A stretch of 38,246 nucleotides of DNA, taken from NCBI GenBank assembly GCA_964564875.1, contig CAZMDV010000001.1, positions 1 to 38,246 on the forward strand. Reading direction: 5' to 3'. The DNA is from an uncultured Salinivenus sp. (GTDB lineage Bacteria; Bacteroidota; Rhodothermia; Rhodothermales; Salinibacteraceae). Below are positions 8,141 to 15,804 of this stretch, in pieces. The notes beneath the pieces were generated by a model that was not told the DNA's origin, did no database searches, and saw only the letters and a list, made by a program, of their open reading frames with translations. Every line of letters begins with the position of its first letter. Position 1 is the first letter of the stretch. Position numbers and translations under genes: made by a program.

Positions 8141-10240
8141 ATGTCCGACTCTGTTTCCCTCGACGATCAACGTTCCGACGACACGGTCTCGGACGATCCT
8201 GTCGAGGCCCTCACTGTCGACACGCTCCACACCGCCCTCAACGACGCGGGCTACATTTGCTCCCGCCGACGGGCCCGGAGCGTGCTGGCCGCCCTCATGA
8301 CCGACCCCCTCGGCGGCTTCTTCGCGTTCGGGCCGCCCGGCACCGGCAAGACGTGGCTCCTGGAGGTGCTGGGCGACATTCTCGGCCTGAACACTTTCTT
8401 CAAGCAGGTGAGCCCCGGCAGCCGCGAGGAGGACCTCATTCTCGACCTGCTGCCCGACGAGACCGCCCAGAGCGGAATTAAGAAGCAGTGGGGCGAGCTG
8501 CCGAAGGCCGTGCGGGCCAGTCACGAGGGCAACACGCTCCTTATCCTCGACGAGTGGGATAAGACCCGCCCCACCGCCGATGCGTTTCTGCTCGATTTTC
8601 TGCAGAACGGGCGCGTCAACTATGGCGACATCCAGGTGCAGGCAAACATGGACAACCTCTACGTCTGCATCACGCTCAACGACGAGCGTGACCTGTCGGG
8701 GCCAGCCCATCGGCGGATGCCGTACCTCCATTTCGAGCCGCTCCACCCTTCCCTTGTCCGCGAGGCGCTGCGCCGATCGCACGGCGGCCATCCGTACCTG
8801 GAGGCGGCCGTCAACCTCTACGTGCGGTGCGAGCTGTCGATGATGGAGAAGAGCTGCACGATCCAGGAGCTGCAGCAGCTCCTCGACGCGATCAGCGTCC
8901 TGGGCCCCGACGACGCCGACTGGGACCAGCTCGTGCTCGACTACGTGACCAAGGATCGTGACAACCATCGCCTCCTGAAGAAAGCCGAGGACGTCGACAC
9001 TACCGACTGGGATGAGGCCGGGTGGTCGGAAGGCATGGACACGGATCCGCTCGACCCCTCCGCGTACGGCCCCGCCGACCTGCCGGGCCGGACCTCGGAG
9101 ACGCAACGGGGGGCCGACGACGAGACGCACCTGCCGCCCATGGCGGACGTGAAGGACTTCACGCCCGCGGAGAACAGCGAGACGCCCGACTTGGCCGCCG
9201 CCTTCGCTGCCCTGGAGCGGACCAATTCGGTCTATGACGCCCTTACCCGACGAGAGGCTCCTTCCGACGCACCGGACCACTTCGGGCGCGTGCGGGTGGA
9301 GGGCGATACGATTACCTTCGACGAGCCCGTGCCGCTCACGGAGCACGACGGGTACGCGTCCGACCTCTGGGGCCATCCCGGCGAGATCGTGTTCCTCGAG
9401 GAGACCGCCACCCCCGCGGACCTGCGCCTCCTCCAGGCGGAGCGGGGGATGGAGTTTATCTCCTACGCCGAGGACGAGATCATCGCCCGCCACGACGGCA
9501 TCCACCTCCGCTGGACGCCGGACAGGGGCGCCGAGGTCATCGTGCCCGCGGCCCGACGGCCCGCGTTCGACGACCTGTTCGTGGGCACGTGGCTCGACGC
9601 GACCGACATCGCGGCCCCGGCGGACCTGCCGACGCCCGTGCTCGCCCGCCTGGGCACGAGCCAGGCCGGCATCATCGAGGCGCGGCACGCGGGGGAGCCG
9701 GTGGCGGATCCGTACTTCGCCGGCGTCTTCGACTACTGGACACGGGGCGAACAGGACTCGGTCCCGACCGGCGACATTCCCGAGTACGCGCAGTTTATGG
9801 ACTACGCGGAGGCCCATGCGGATTCGTTGATCCTGGAGGAGGACGCCGCCTATGTGCTGCTCGACGGGCTGATGGTCGGCTTTATCGGGGAGGAGAACGA
9901 TTACTTCGTCGCGTCGGTGACCGGACCGTTCGACGCCGCGGTCGAGTCGTACCTTCAGGACTGGCTCCCGGGCGCGAAGCTCTCGCTCAGCCGCACGGCG
10001 GAGGCCCGCGTCCCCGAAACGACGCTCGTGCGGGAGAAGGGGTTTGAGGTGGCCCGCCCGTCCAAAGACCGATCAAGCCCCGGCAAAAAACTCGTCCGCG
10101 TCCAGGACGGTGTCAAGAGCATCTACCGCGACGGACGCCTCACCGTGGGCGCCCAGTTGTCGTGGCGTCAAATCACCGCCAGCCGCGCGGAGCTCCTGAT
10201 TCGAAAGATCGACCAGACGCTCGACGAGATCGCCGCCTAG
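8141..10240 (+). CDS. MoxR-family (CoxD-like) AAA+ ATPase with long C-terminal extension
   Basis: Walker A GPPGTGKT, Walker B LILDEWDK, AFLLDFLQ, and sensor-1/Arg-finger region ITLNDERDLSGPAHRRMPY. The AAA+ module covers only about the first 290 of 699 aa. Start is ATG 8141. Confidence 0.88.
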   Translation: MSDSVSLDDQRSDDTVSDDPVEALTVDTLHTALNDAGYICSRRRARSVLAALMTDPLGGFFAFGPPGTGKTWLLEVLGDILGLNTFFKQVSPGSREEDLILDLLPDETAQSGIKKQWGELPKAVRASHEGNTLLILDEWDKTRPTADAFLLDFLQNGRVNYGDIQVQANMDNLYVCITLNDERDLSGPAHRRMPYLHFEPLHPSLVREALRRSHGGHPYLEAAVNLYVRCELSMMEKSCTIQELQQLLDAISVLGPDDADWDQLVLDYVTKDRDNHRLLKKAEDVDTTDWDEAGWSEGMDTDPLDPSAYGPADLPGRTSETQRGADDETHLPPMADVKDFTPAENSETPDLAAAFAALERTNSVYDALTRREAPSDAPDHFGRVRVEGDTITFDEPVPLTEHDGYASDLWGHPGEIVFLEETATPADLRLLQAERGMEFISYAEDEIIARHDGIHLRWTPDRGAEVIVPAARRPAFDDLFVGTWLDATDIAAPADLPTPVLARLGTSQAGIIEARHAGEPVADPYFAGVFDYWTRGEQDSVPTGDIPEYAQFMDYAEAHADSLILEEDAAYVLLDGLMVGFIGEENDYFVASVTGPFDAAVESYLQDWLPGAKLSLSRTAEARVPETTLVREKGFEVARPSKDRSSPGKKLVRVQDGVKSIYRDGRLTVGAQLSWRQITASRAELLIRKIDQTLDEIAA

Positions 10241-10265
10241 CCCCGACGCTTACACAGGAACTGCC

Positions 10266-11666
10266 ATGTCCCGCACGATGCAGGACGCCCCCCCCGAAGA
10301 CGACTCGACGGCCGACGGCGACGACCCGTCGCCCGCGGTGAAGCGCCGCTGGCGCCCCGCCCCCGAGCTCTCGCCGCGTCCGGATCCCTCGCCAGACGCC
10401 GAAGCGCCCCCCGAACAACCAGCTTCACCCGTCGACGAGGGTCGTGATGGGGAGGTGCCTTTCGTGGGCCAGCAGGTGCCGGACGCCCCGGACGCACCGC
10501 CCCACCCGCCGACGGAAGCCCAGCCGGCAGGTGAAGGGGAAGCGGATGGACGGCCGTCGCTGGACGCCCCGACGGACGCAGATGCGTCGTCCCCCAACGG
10601 AGCCTCAACCGGAGCGTCGCCTGAGGCCACTCCGAACCGCACTGCGCCTCCGGGCGAAACGAACGATGGTAGCGCCTCCGAGGCGTCTGACCCAGATTTA
10701 ATGGACACAAGAGACAGTGATCCACTTGACCTCAGCGACCCCCCCAACGACCTGGCGGAGTCTCCTTCTGATGCCAATCCGCCGGACGACAGCGCAGAGG
10801 CCGATCCGTCGCAGGATCTCGACGAGATCCAGGAGGCCGGCAAGCAGGTGAACGAGGAGGCCTTCGCGGACGACACCGACGAGCGCTCGTGGGCCGACCA
10901 GATGCAGGGCGACACATCTCATGAACAGCCCTCCTCGCCTCCCGACGACGAGCAGGAGTCATTTTTTACCGACGAGCACCGCCACGTGCCCGGCGCCGAG
11001 CAGGTCGAGGAGGAGCTTCAGGATTTCGCGTACGAGATCAACGAGGGCACGGCCGGCACCGACTGGACGCCCTCGAAGCAGGCGGACCACCGGATCGCGG
11101 CGATGTTCGCCCGTCTCGTGACCAAGGTAGCCGAGGACATGAGCTACCAGCGAGCGCCCGGGGACGAGTTCTGGGACCCGCGGAAGATCATGCGTCGACA
11201 GATCGACCGGCGCCCCCTCGGCCACTGCAAGATGGACTACACGAAGCGTCGGCTGGCCCTGCTGGTGGACACCTCCCCCTCCTGCCGCGACGAGGCGGTC
11301 TTCTATTCGAAGATCGCCACCGGCGCCCTCCTCCGGGACGACATCGACATCTTCCTCTGCCCGAACGGGCGCATCGACGCCCAGTTCGACCCCGAGCCGA
11401 TGCGGTTCGTCGATGACGATCGGGGCTCCGAGTGGGACCTGGAGGGTCGCGTGGTGCTCTACTTTACTGACTGGGACGGCACCGACGAAATTGTAGAGCA
11501 CTCGCGGCACTGCACTCTCTACTGGTTCGACAACTGCGCGCCCTCGAACTACTGGAACAGCAGCAAGGAGCGGCACCGGCGCGTCCGTCTTCGGTATCGG
11601 GGTCAGCACTTCCACTGCCCCGATCCGGACGCCTTCCGTCGACTCGCCCGCAAGATCCGACCCTGA
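10266..11666 (+). CDS. vWA/MIDAS-domain partner protein with acidic Pro-rich disordered N-terminal half
   Basis: Lies 25 nt after the ATPase stop and is preceded by AGGA. MIDAS-type DxSxS (RLALLVDTSPSC) plus a downstream hhhhTD strand (VVLYFTDWDG). The first ~240 aa are D/E/P/S/A-rich low-complexity sequence. Confidence 0.8.
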   Translation: MSRTMQDAPPEDDSTADGDDPSPAVKRRWRPAPELSPRPDPSPDAEAPPEQPASPVDEGRDGEVPFVGQQVPDAPDAPPHPPTEAQPAGEGEADGRPSLDAPTDADASSPNGASTGASPEATPNRTAPPGETNDGSASEASDPDLMDTRDSDPLDLSDPPNDLAESPSDANPPDDSAEADPSQDLDEIQEAGKQVNEEAFADDTDERSWADQMQGDTSHEQPSSPPDDEQESFFTDEHRHVPGAEQVEEELQDFAYEINEGTAGTDWTPSKQADHRIAAMFARLVTKVAEDMSYQRAPGDEFWDPRKIMRRQIDRRPLGHCKMDYTKRRLALLVDTSPSCRDEAVFYSKIATGALLRDDIDIFLCPNGRIDAQFDPEPMRFVDDDRGSEWDLEGRVVLYFTDWDGTDEIVEHSRHCTLYWFDNCAPSNYWNSSKERHRRVRLRYRGQHFHCPDPDAFRRLARKIRP

Positions 11667-11744
11667 GGATTCAGGCCCCGACTGCCTCGCAGACGGCAGG
11701 CCCAGCGGTCGTTTCGCCCTTCAAAAACTGCCGTTCTCGCCCAA

Positions 11745-12131
11745 GTGTCCGGTCGAAAACTGTCCTCCAGCGAACCGACCGACGTGCTGGCTCAGCAGCA
11801 GGGTCATTTGTTTAATTCAACCAACGGGGCCCCTTCTACTTCTCTGTCGGAAGACGTCCAGATGAGGGGGCACCTCGCGGAGGAGGTTCTTCCTGAACAG
11901 GCGGCCACGGGCGAGCACCCGGTGCGGTTCGACCACTGCATCAAGCGCATCGCATGCGACGTGGCGGTCGGGGCTAAGTGGGACACTGAGGTGCCTGCGC
12001 CCTTGTACGAGAATGCCTCGCCCGAGCAGGTCCGTCGCGCCGTGGAGGTTCTCCGGGCGATAGGGGCGCACCCCGAACAAGCTGCCGAATACAACCGCCG
12101 CTCCCTCCGCTACCGCGATGCCTGCGGGTGA
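11745..12131 (+). CDS. Small conserved hypothetical protein (PVRFDHC...W...P...NxxSL motif family)
   Basis: Globular-looking 128 aa ORF with LPEQA...HPVRFDHCIKRIACD...W...PAPLY...YNRRSLRYR, a pattern I recall from small uncharacterised bacterial proteins. The GTG start is uncertain. Confidence 0.65.
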   Translation: MSGRKLSSSEPTDVLAQQQGHLFNSTNGAPSTSLSEDVQMRGHLAEEVLPEQAATGEHPVRFDHCIKRIACDVAVGAKWDTEVPAPLYENASPEQVRRAVEVLRAIGAHPEQAAEYNRRSLRYRDACG

Positions 12132-12266
12132 TCCGCTGTCCAGGATTCCGCTCGGACCGTCGTCAGTACTCTCCTCCTTCTCCACTCCTGCCCGCCTTGA
12201 TCCTGGCAAAGTCCAGAGAAGGCAACACATGGAGGGCATCCGGGTCGGGCTGCGGCGCCACAGTCC

Positions 12267-12292
12267 GGTTGGTCGTATCCGCGACCAGAACC
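12267..12292. terminator. Hairpin between convergent genes (possible terminator)
   Basis: TGGTCG-TATCCG-CGACCA stem-loop, with an imperfect GGTT/AACC extension, directly after the addA stop. There is no clear U-tract. Confidence 0.35.
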
Positions 12293-12296
12293 AAAA

Positions 12297-15200
12297 TCAG
12301 GAGTCAGCGTCCCGTCCCACGACGACCACGTGCCTGCCGCTATCTGCAAACCAGAGGCCAGCGCGGCGGACGGGTTCATTGAGCACTGCCCTCCAGCCTT
12401 GGGCGTACGTGCGGATTTGGCGAGCGTACGGATGGTCGTCTGACAGCGTCTTGGACGCGGGCTGGGCCACGCGATCACTCTTGTAGTCGACCAGCGCCCA
12501 TCCCTCCCCGGTGCGGTAGGCGAGGTCGATCACCCCCCGCCGTAGGACCGGCCCCGAATCGTTAGTGGTCTGGTGGGCGATCGGGTATTCCGTATACACC
12601 GGATCGGCATGCCCCAGCTCGTCCCAGATCTGGCTCTCTAAAAATCGGTCGATCATCACTTTCGCGCGGTTGAGTTCGTCGGGGCTCGTCTGGGCTCCCT
12701 CCTGCCGCAGCACGGCGTGGACCGCCTCGTCACTCATCCTCGGGTCGTCGTGGCGCGCCCGCACGCACTGTTCGAGCAATACGTGGACCCCCGCACCGAA
12801 GGGCTCTCCATATCCGTTCTGGGGGCTGTCGGCGTGAAGGGCATCCCCGGGCCGGCCTGTCTTCGTACCGGTCACCGTCTCGGTCCGGAACGACGGCTGC
12901 GACCTGCGCCGGACCCGCGCCTGCCGGTCGGCCCGCTGCTCCTCCAGGTACGGGGCGGGCGCCGTCGGCCGTTCGTCCGGCTCGTCGAGATTAGGCCCCT
13001 CCAGCACCGGGACGTCCGCTGCGTCGAGGTGCGGGTAGAGCGGGGCCCACGGCCCGTCGTCGGGCTTCTGGGGGTAGGTGGACACGACCAGGAGCTTCTG
13101 CGCGCGGGTGGCCGCGACGTACAGGAGACGCCGCTCCTCGGCCGCCTCGTGGCGCTCTTCGCGCACCCGGAAGGCCTCGTCCTGATCGCCAGTGGGCTGG
13201 TCCCACCCCAGCGGCGGATGGGTGACCCGCTGTCGGTAGCCACTGCCCTGTACGATCGGCGCCACCAGTTCGCCGGCGTCGCGGCGGAGGTGGCGGCGAA
13301 CTGGCGGCCCACTGCCGCGGCTGTACGGATCCGCCAGAAAGACGACCGGCGCTTCCAGCCCTTTGGCCTGATGCACGTTCATGACGCGGACGGCGTCCTC
13401 GCTCCCGGTCTCCAGCGTCATCCCGTCCACGTCCTCTTCCCCGTCCACAATCCGCTGTAGCTCCTCCAGGACCTCGGCCCAACTGAGGCCCTGGGCGGCA
13501 AGGTCCTGTACGTAGGCGATCGTGCGGAGGACGCGACCGGCCCGGAGCGATCCCTCGGCCGGGTCGGAGGGGTGCGCAGCGCCGGCGAGTACCCCGAGGT
13601 CCTCGATGATCTGCTCGATCGCGGCGGCGGGACGGGCCTCGTGGAGCACGCGATGGGCAGTCCGGAGATGCGCGAGCGCCTCCTCGAACAGCGCCTCTCG
13701 CTCTGGGCCGAGGTCCTCCCGCACAGACGGCGGGAGCGGCTCGGGGATAGAGTCGAACGTGCCCCCGGCCCGGGAGAACCGATAGAGGTCGTCGTCGCTC
13801 GCGCCCACCAGCGGCCCCTTCAGGTACGCCACGCGTGCCACCGCGTCGTCGGGGCGGAGGACACAGGTCAGAAGATCCACGAGGGCCTTTAGCTCCAGAG
13901 CGTCGCCCAGGTCTTCACTGCCGGTGATGGTGTACGGAATGCCGCGCTCCGCAAGGGCCTCGGCGTAGATGGAGAGGCGCGACTTGGTGCGCGTCAGGAT
14001 CAGGAAGTCCGAGTAGTCGGCCCCGCCCGCAAACACGGCCGCCTCCGCGTCCCTGTAGTGACGACCGTCGAGGGCCTCCGCCCGGGCCGCCCGAATGAAC
14101 CGGGCGATGCGAGCGGCATCTGCCCTAGCAATGTCACTTCCCCAGTTGCCCCGCACCTTGTCGAGCTCGATCCGACGGAGCCCCGGGGTCGACTCGTCCG
14201 TGGTCCGTTGCGGGTCGAACGGGGTGTAGGGTGCCTGCAGATCAGCCAGGGCCGGGTCATCGAAGATGGAATCGAACGCCTCGTCGCACCAGTCACAGAT
14301 GATGCCGAGTGAGCGGAAGTTCTTCGTGAGCGTCACGGCCTTGCCCCCCGTCTCTTCAATCAGACGGCCCACAGACTCGAAGACCGCCATGTCCGCCCGC
14401 CGAAACCGGTAGATCGACTGCTTGTCGTCCCCCACGATGAAGAGGCTCCCCGGAAGGGGCTGGCACTCGGTCCACGTCGTCTCGGTGGGGTCGCGGCTGG
14501 TGAGGTAGAACAGAATCTCGGCCTGCAGGGGGTCGGTGTCCTGGAACTCGTCGACCAGGAGGCGAGGATAGCGCTCCTGAATCGCCTCGCGGAGGGCCGG
14601 GTGGTCCCGTAGCAGATCGCGGGTGCGGACGAGCAGGTCGTGGAAGGTAAGGCGCCCCTCCTCCCGACGGAGCTCGGCGAAGGCCTCCACCGCCGGCCGC
14701 ACGAACGCCACGACCTCGCGGTGCACGAAGGCGCGCCACTGGCGCAGGGCCGGCTGTACCACCTTCCGCACCAGCGCCGGGAGGTGCTCGTCCCGCAGCG
14801 AGCGGGCCCAATCGTAGGAATCAGTCTGGGGCCCGCGCCAGCACTTCAGGGTCACGCTGGCCGACTCCTCATCGGACACGTCGGCAAAGAGCTCGAGGAA
14901 GGAGGCCTGCTGAGCGGAGGACATCAGGTCCGTGAGGGCGAGCATCTTTTCCGCCTTGTCGAAGGCCACCATCGCGTCGTCGCGGCCCTCAGGCAGCGTT
15001 TCCGGGCGCCGGGCCTGCCACGCGGCGAGCCGCTCCCGGGCCTCCGCGACGGCCTGCGTCAAGTCCGGGACCGTGTTGGGGGCGTCGACGTAGGGGTCGA
15101 GCTCCGGATGCTCGCAGAGGCGTTCGAAGTATCCTTGCAGGTCGTCGGGCTCGATCCCGAGGGCCGTGAGGGCTTCGATCCGTTTGGGGCGGTCCGAGCG

Positions 15201-15716
15201 CACGTCCTGAAGGTAGCGCTGCCATGCCCGTTCACGGAGCTCGCGCTCCTCCCGCTCCTCGAGGCCGGCGGTAAAGCCCGGCGGCAGGTCCGCCGCTATG
15301 GGCCGCTCGCGCAACAGGCGCGCACAGAAGGCGTGGACGGTGCCGATGAACGTCTGCTGCGCGTCCCGCAGCGCCTGGTTCACACGCACCCGCTGCGCGC
15401 TGTCGGGCGGCAGGGCGGCCCGGGCCCGGCGGAGCTCCTCGTAGAAGCGCTTGCTCATCTCCCCGGCCGCCTTCCGTGTAAAGGTGATGGCCGTCAAGTC
15501 GTCGACCTCCACCCCGGTCCGGACGAGGGCCACCATACGGGCGACGAGGGCCGTCGTCTTTCCGGACCCGGCGGCCGCCCGGACAAAGAAGTTGGTGTCC
15601 GGCTCAAAGTTTGAGAGGTCCGACACGCCCTCTTCGGTCCACGGCCCAATCCGCTCGCGGACCGCAGTGTCGTCGTAGGTGGACGCGGGAGACGTAGGCG
15701 AGGCAGGCTGCGTCAT
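12297..15716 (-). CDS. addA: ATP-dependent helicase/nuclease subunit A (UvrD-like SF1A helicase + C-terminal PD-(D/E)XK nuclease)
   Basis: AAAGSGKTT, AITFTRKAA, GTVHAFC, LVDEFQDTD, VGDDKQSIYRFRRAD, NFRS, HQAKGLE, RLLYVAATRA, and nuclease motifs GVIDL...VDYKS...QIRTY. Confidence 0.93.
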   Translation of the reverse strand: MTQPASPTSPASTYDDTAVRERIGPWTEEGVSDLSNFEPDTNFFVRAAAGSGKTTALVARMVALVRTGVEVDDLTAITFTRKAAGEMSKRFYEELRRARAALPPDSAQRVRVNQALRDAQQTFIGTVHAFCARLLRERPIAADLPPGFTAGLEEREERELRERAWQRYLQDVRSDRPKRIEALTALGIEPDDLQGYFERLCEHPELDPYVDAPNTVPDLTQAVAEARERLAAWQARRPETLPEGRDDAMVAFDKAEKMLALTDLMSSAQQASFLELFADVSDEESASVTLKCWRGPQTDSYDWARSLRDEHLPALVRKVVQPALRQWRAFVHREVVAFVRPAVEAFAELRREEGRLTFHDLLVRTRDLLRDHPALREAIQERYPRLLVDEFQDTDPLQAEILFYLTSRDPTETTWTECQPLPGSLFIVGDDKQSIYRFRRADMAVFESVGRLIEETGGKAVTLTKNFRSLGIICDWCDEAFDSIFDDPALADLQAPYTPFDPQRTTDESTPGLRRIELDKVRGNWGSDIARADAARIARFIRAARAEALDGRHYRDAEAAVFAGGADYSDFLILTRTKSRLSIYAEALAERGIPYTITGSEDLGDALELKALVDLLTCVLRPDDAVARVAYLKGPLVGASDDDLYRFSRAGGTFDSIPEPLPPSVREDLGPEREALFEEALAHLRTAHRVLHEARPAAAIEQIIEDLGVLAGAAHPSDPAEGSLRAGRVLRTIAYVQDLAAQGLSWAEVLEELQRIVDGEEDVDGMTLETGSEDAVRVMNVHQAKGLEAPVVFLADPYSRGSGPPVRRHLRRDAGELVAPIVQGSGYRQRVTHPPLGWDQPTGDQDEAFRVREERHEAAEERRLLYVAATRAQKLLVVSTYPQKPDDGPWAPLYPHLDAADVPVLEGPNLDEPDERPTAPAPYLEEQRADRQARVRRRSQPSFRTETVTGTKTGRPGDALHADSPQNGYGEPFGAGVHVLLEQCVRARHDDPRMSDEAVHAVLRQEGAQTSPDELNRAKVMIDRFLESQIWDELGHADPVYTEYPIAHQTTNDSGPVLRRGVIDLAYRTGEGWALVDYKSDRVAQPASKTLSDDHPYARQIRTYAQGWRAVLNEPVRRAGLWFADSGRHVVVVGRDADS

Positions 15717-15804
15717 TTGAGGTGTGCGTTGTTCGGCGGCGAGTGCGTGGGTGTGGGCTTTTTTTCAGAACCCCGGGACGGCTAAACACAGACGTATTCG
15801 GGGA

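Noticed and set aside
8138-9817. 559-aa - strand ORF
   Set aside because: Antisense shadow of the MoxR ATPase gene.
9035-10736. Similar peptides MDTDPLDPS (ATPase linker) and MDTRDSDPLDLS (vWA arm)
   Set aside because: Short match within low-complexity acidic sequence, so probably chance.
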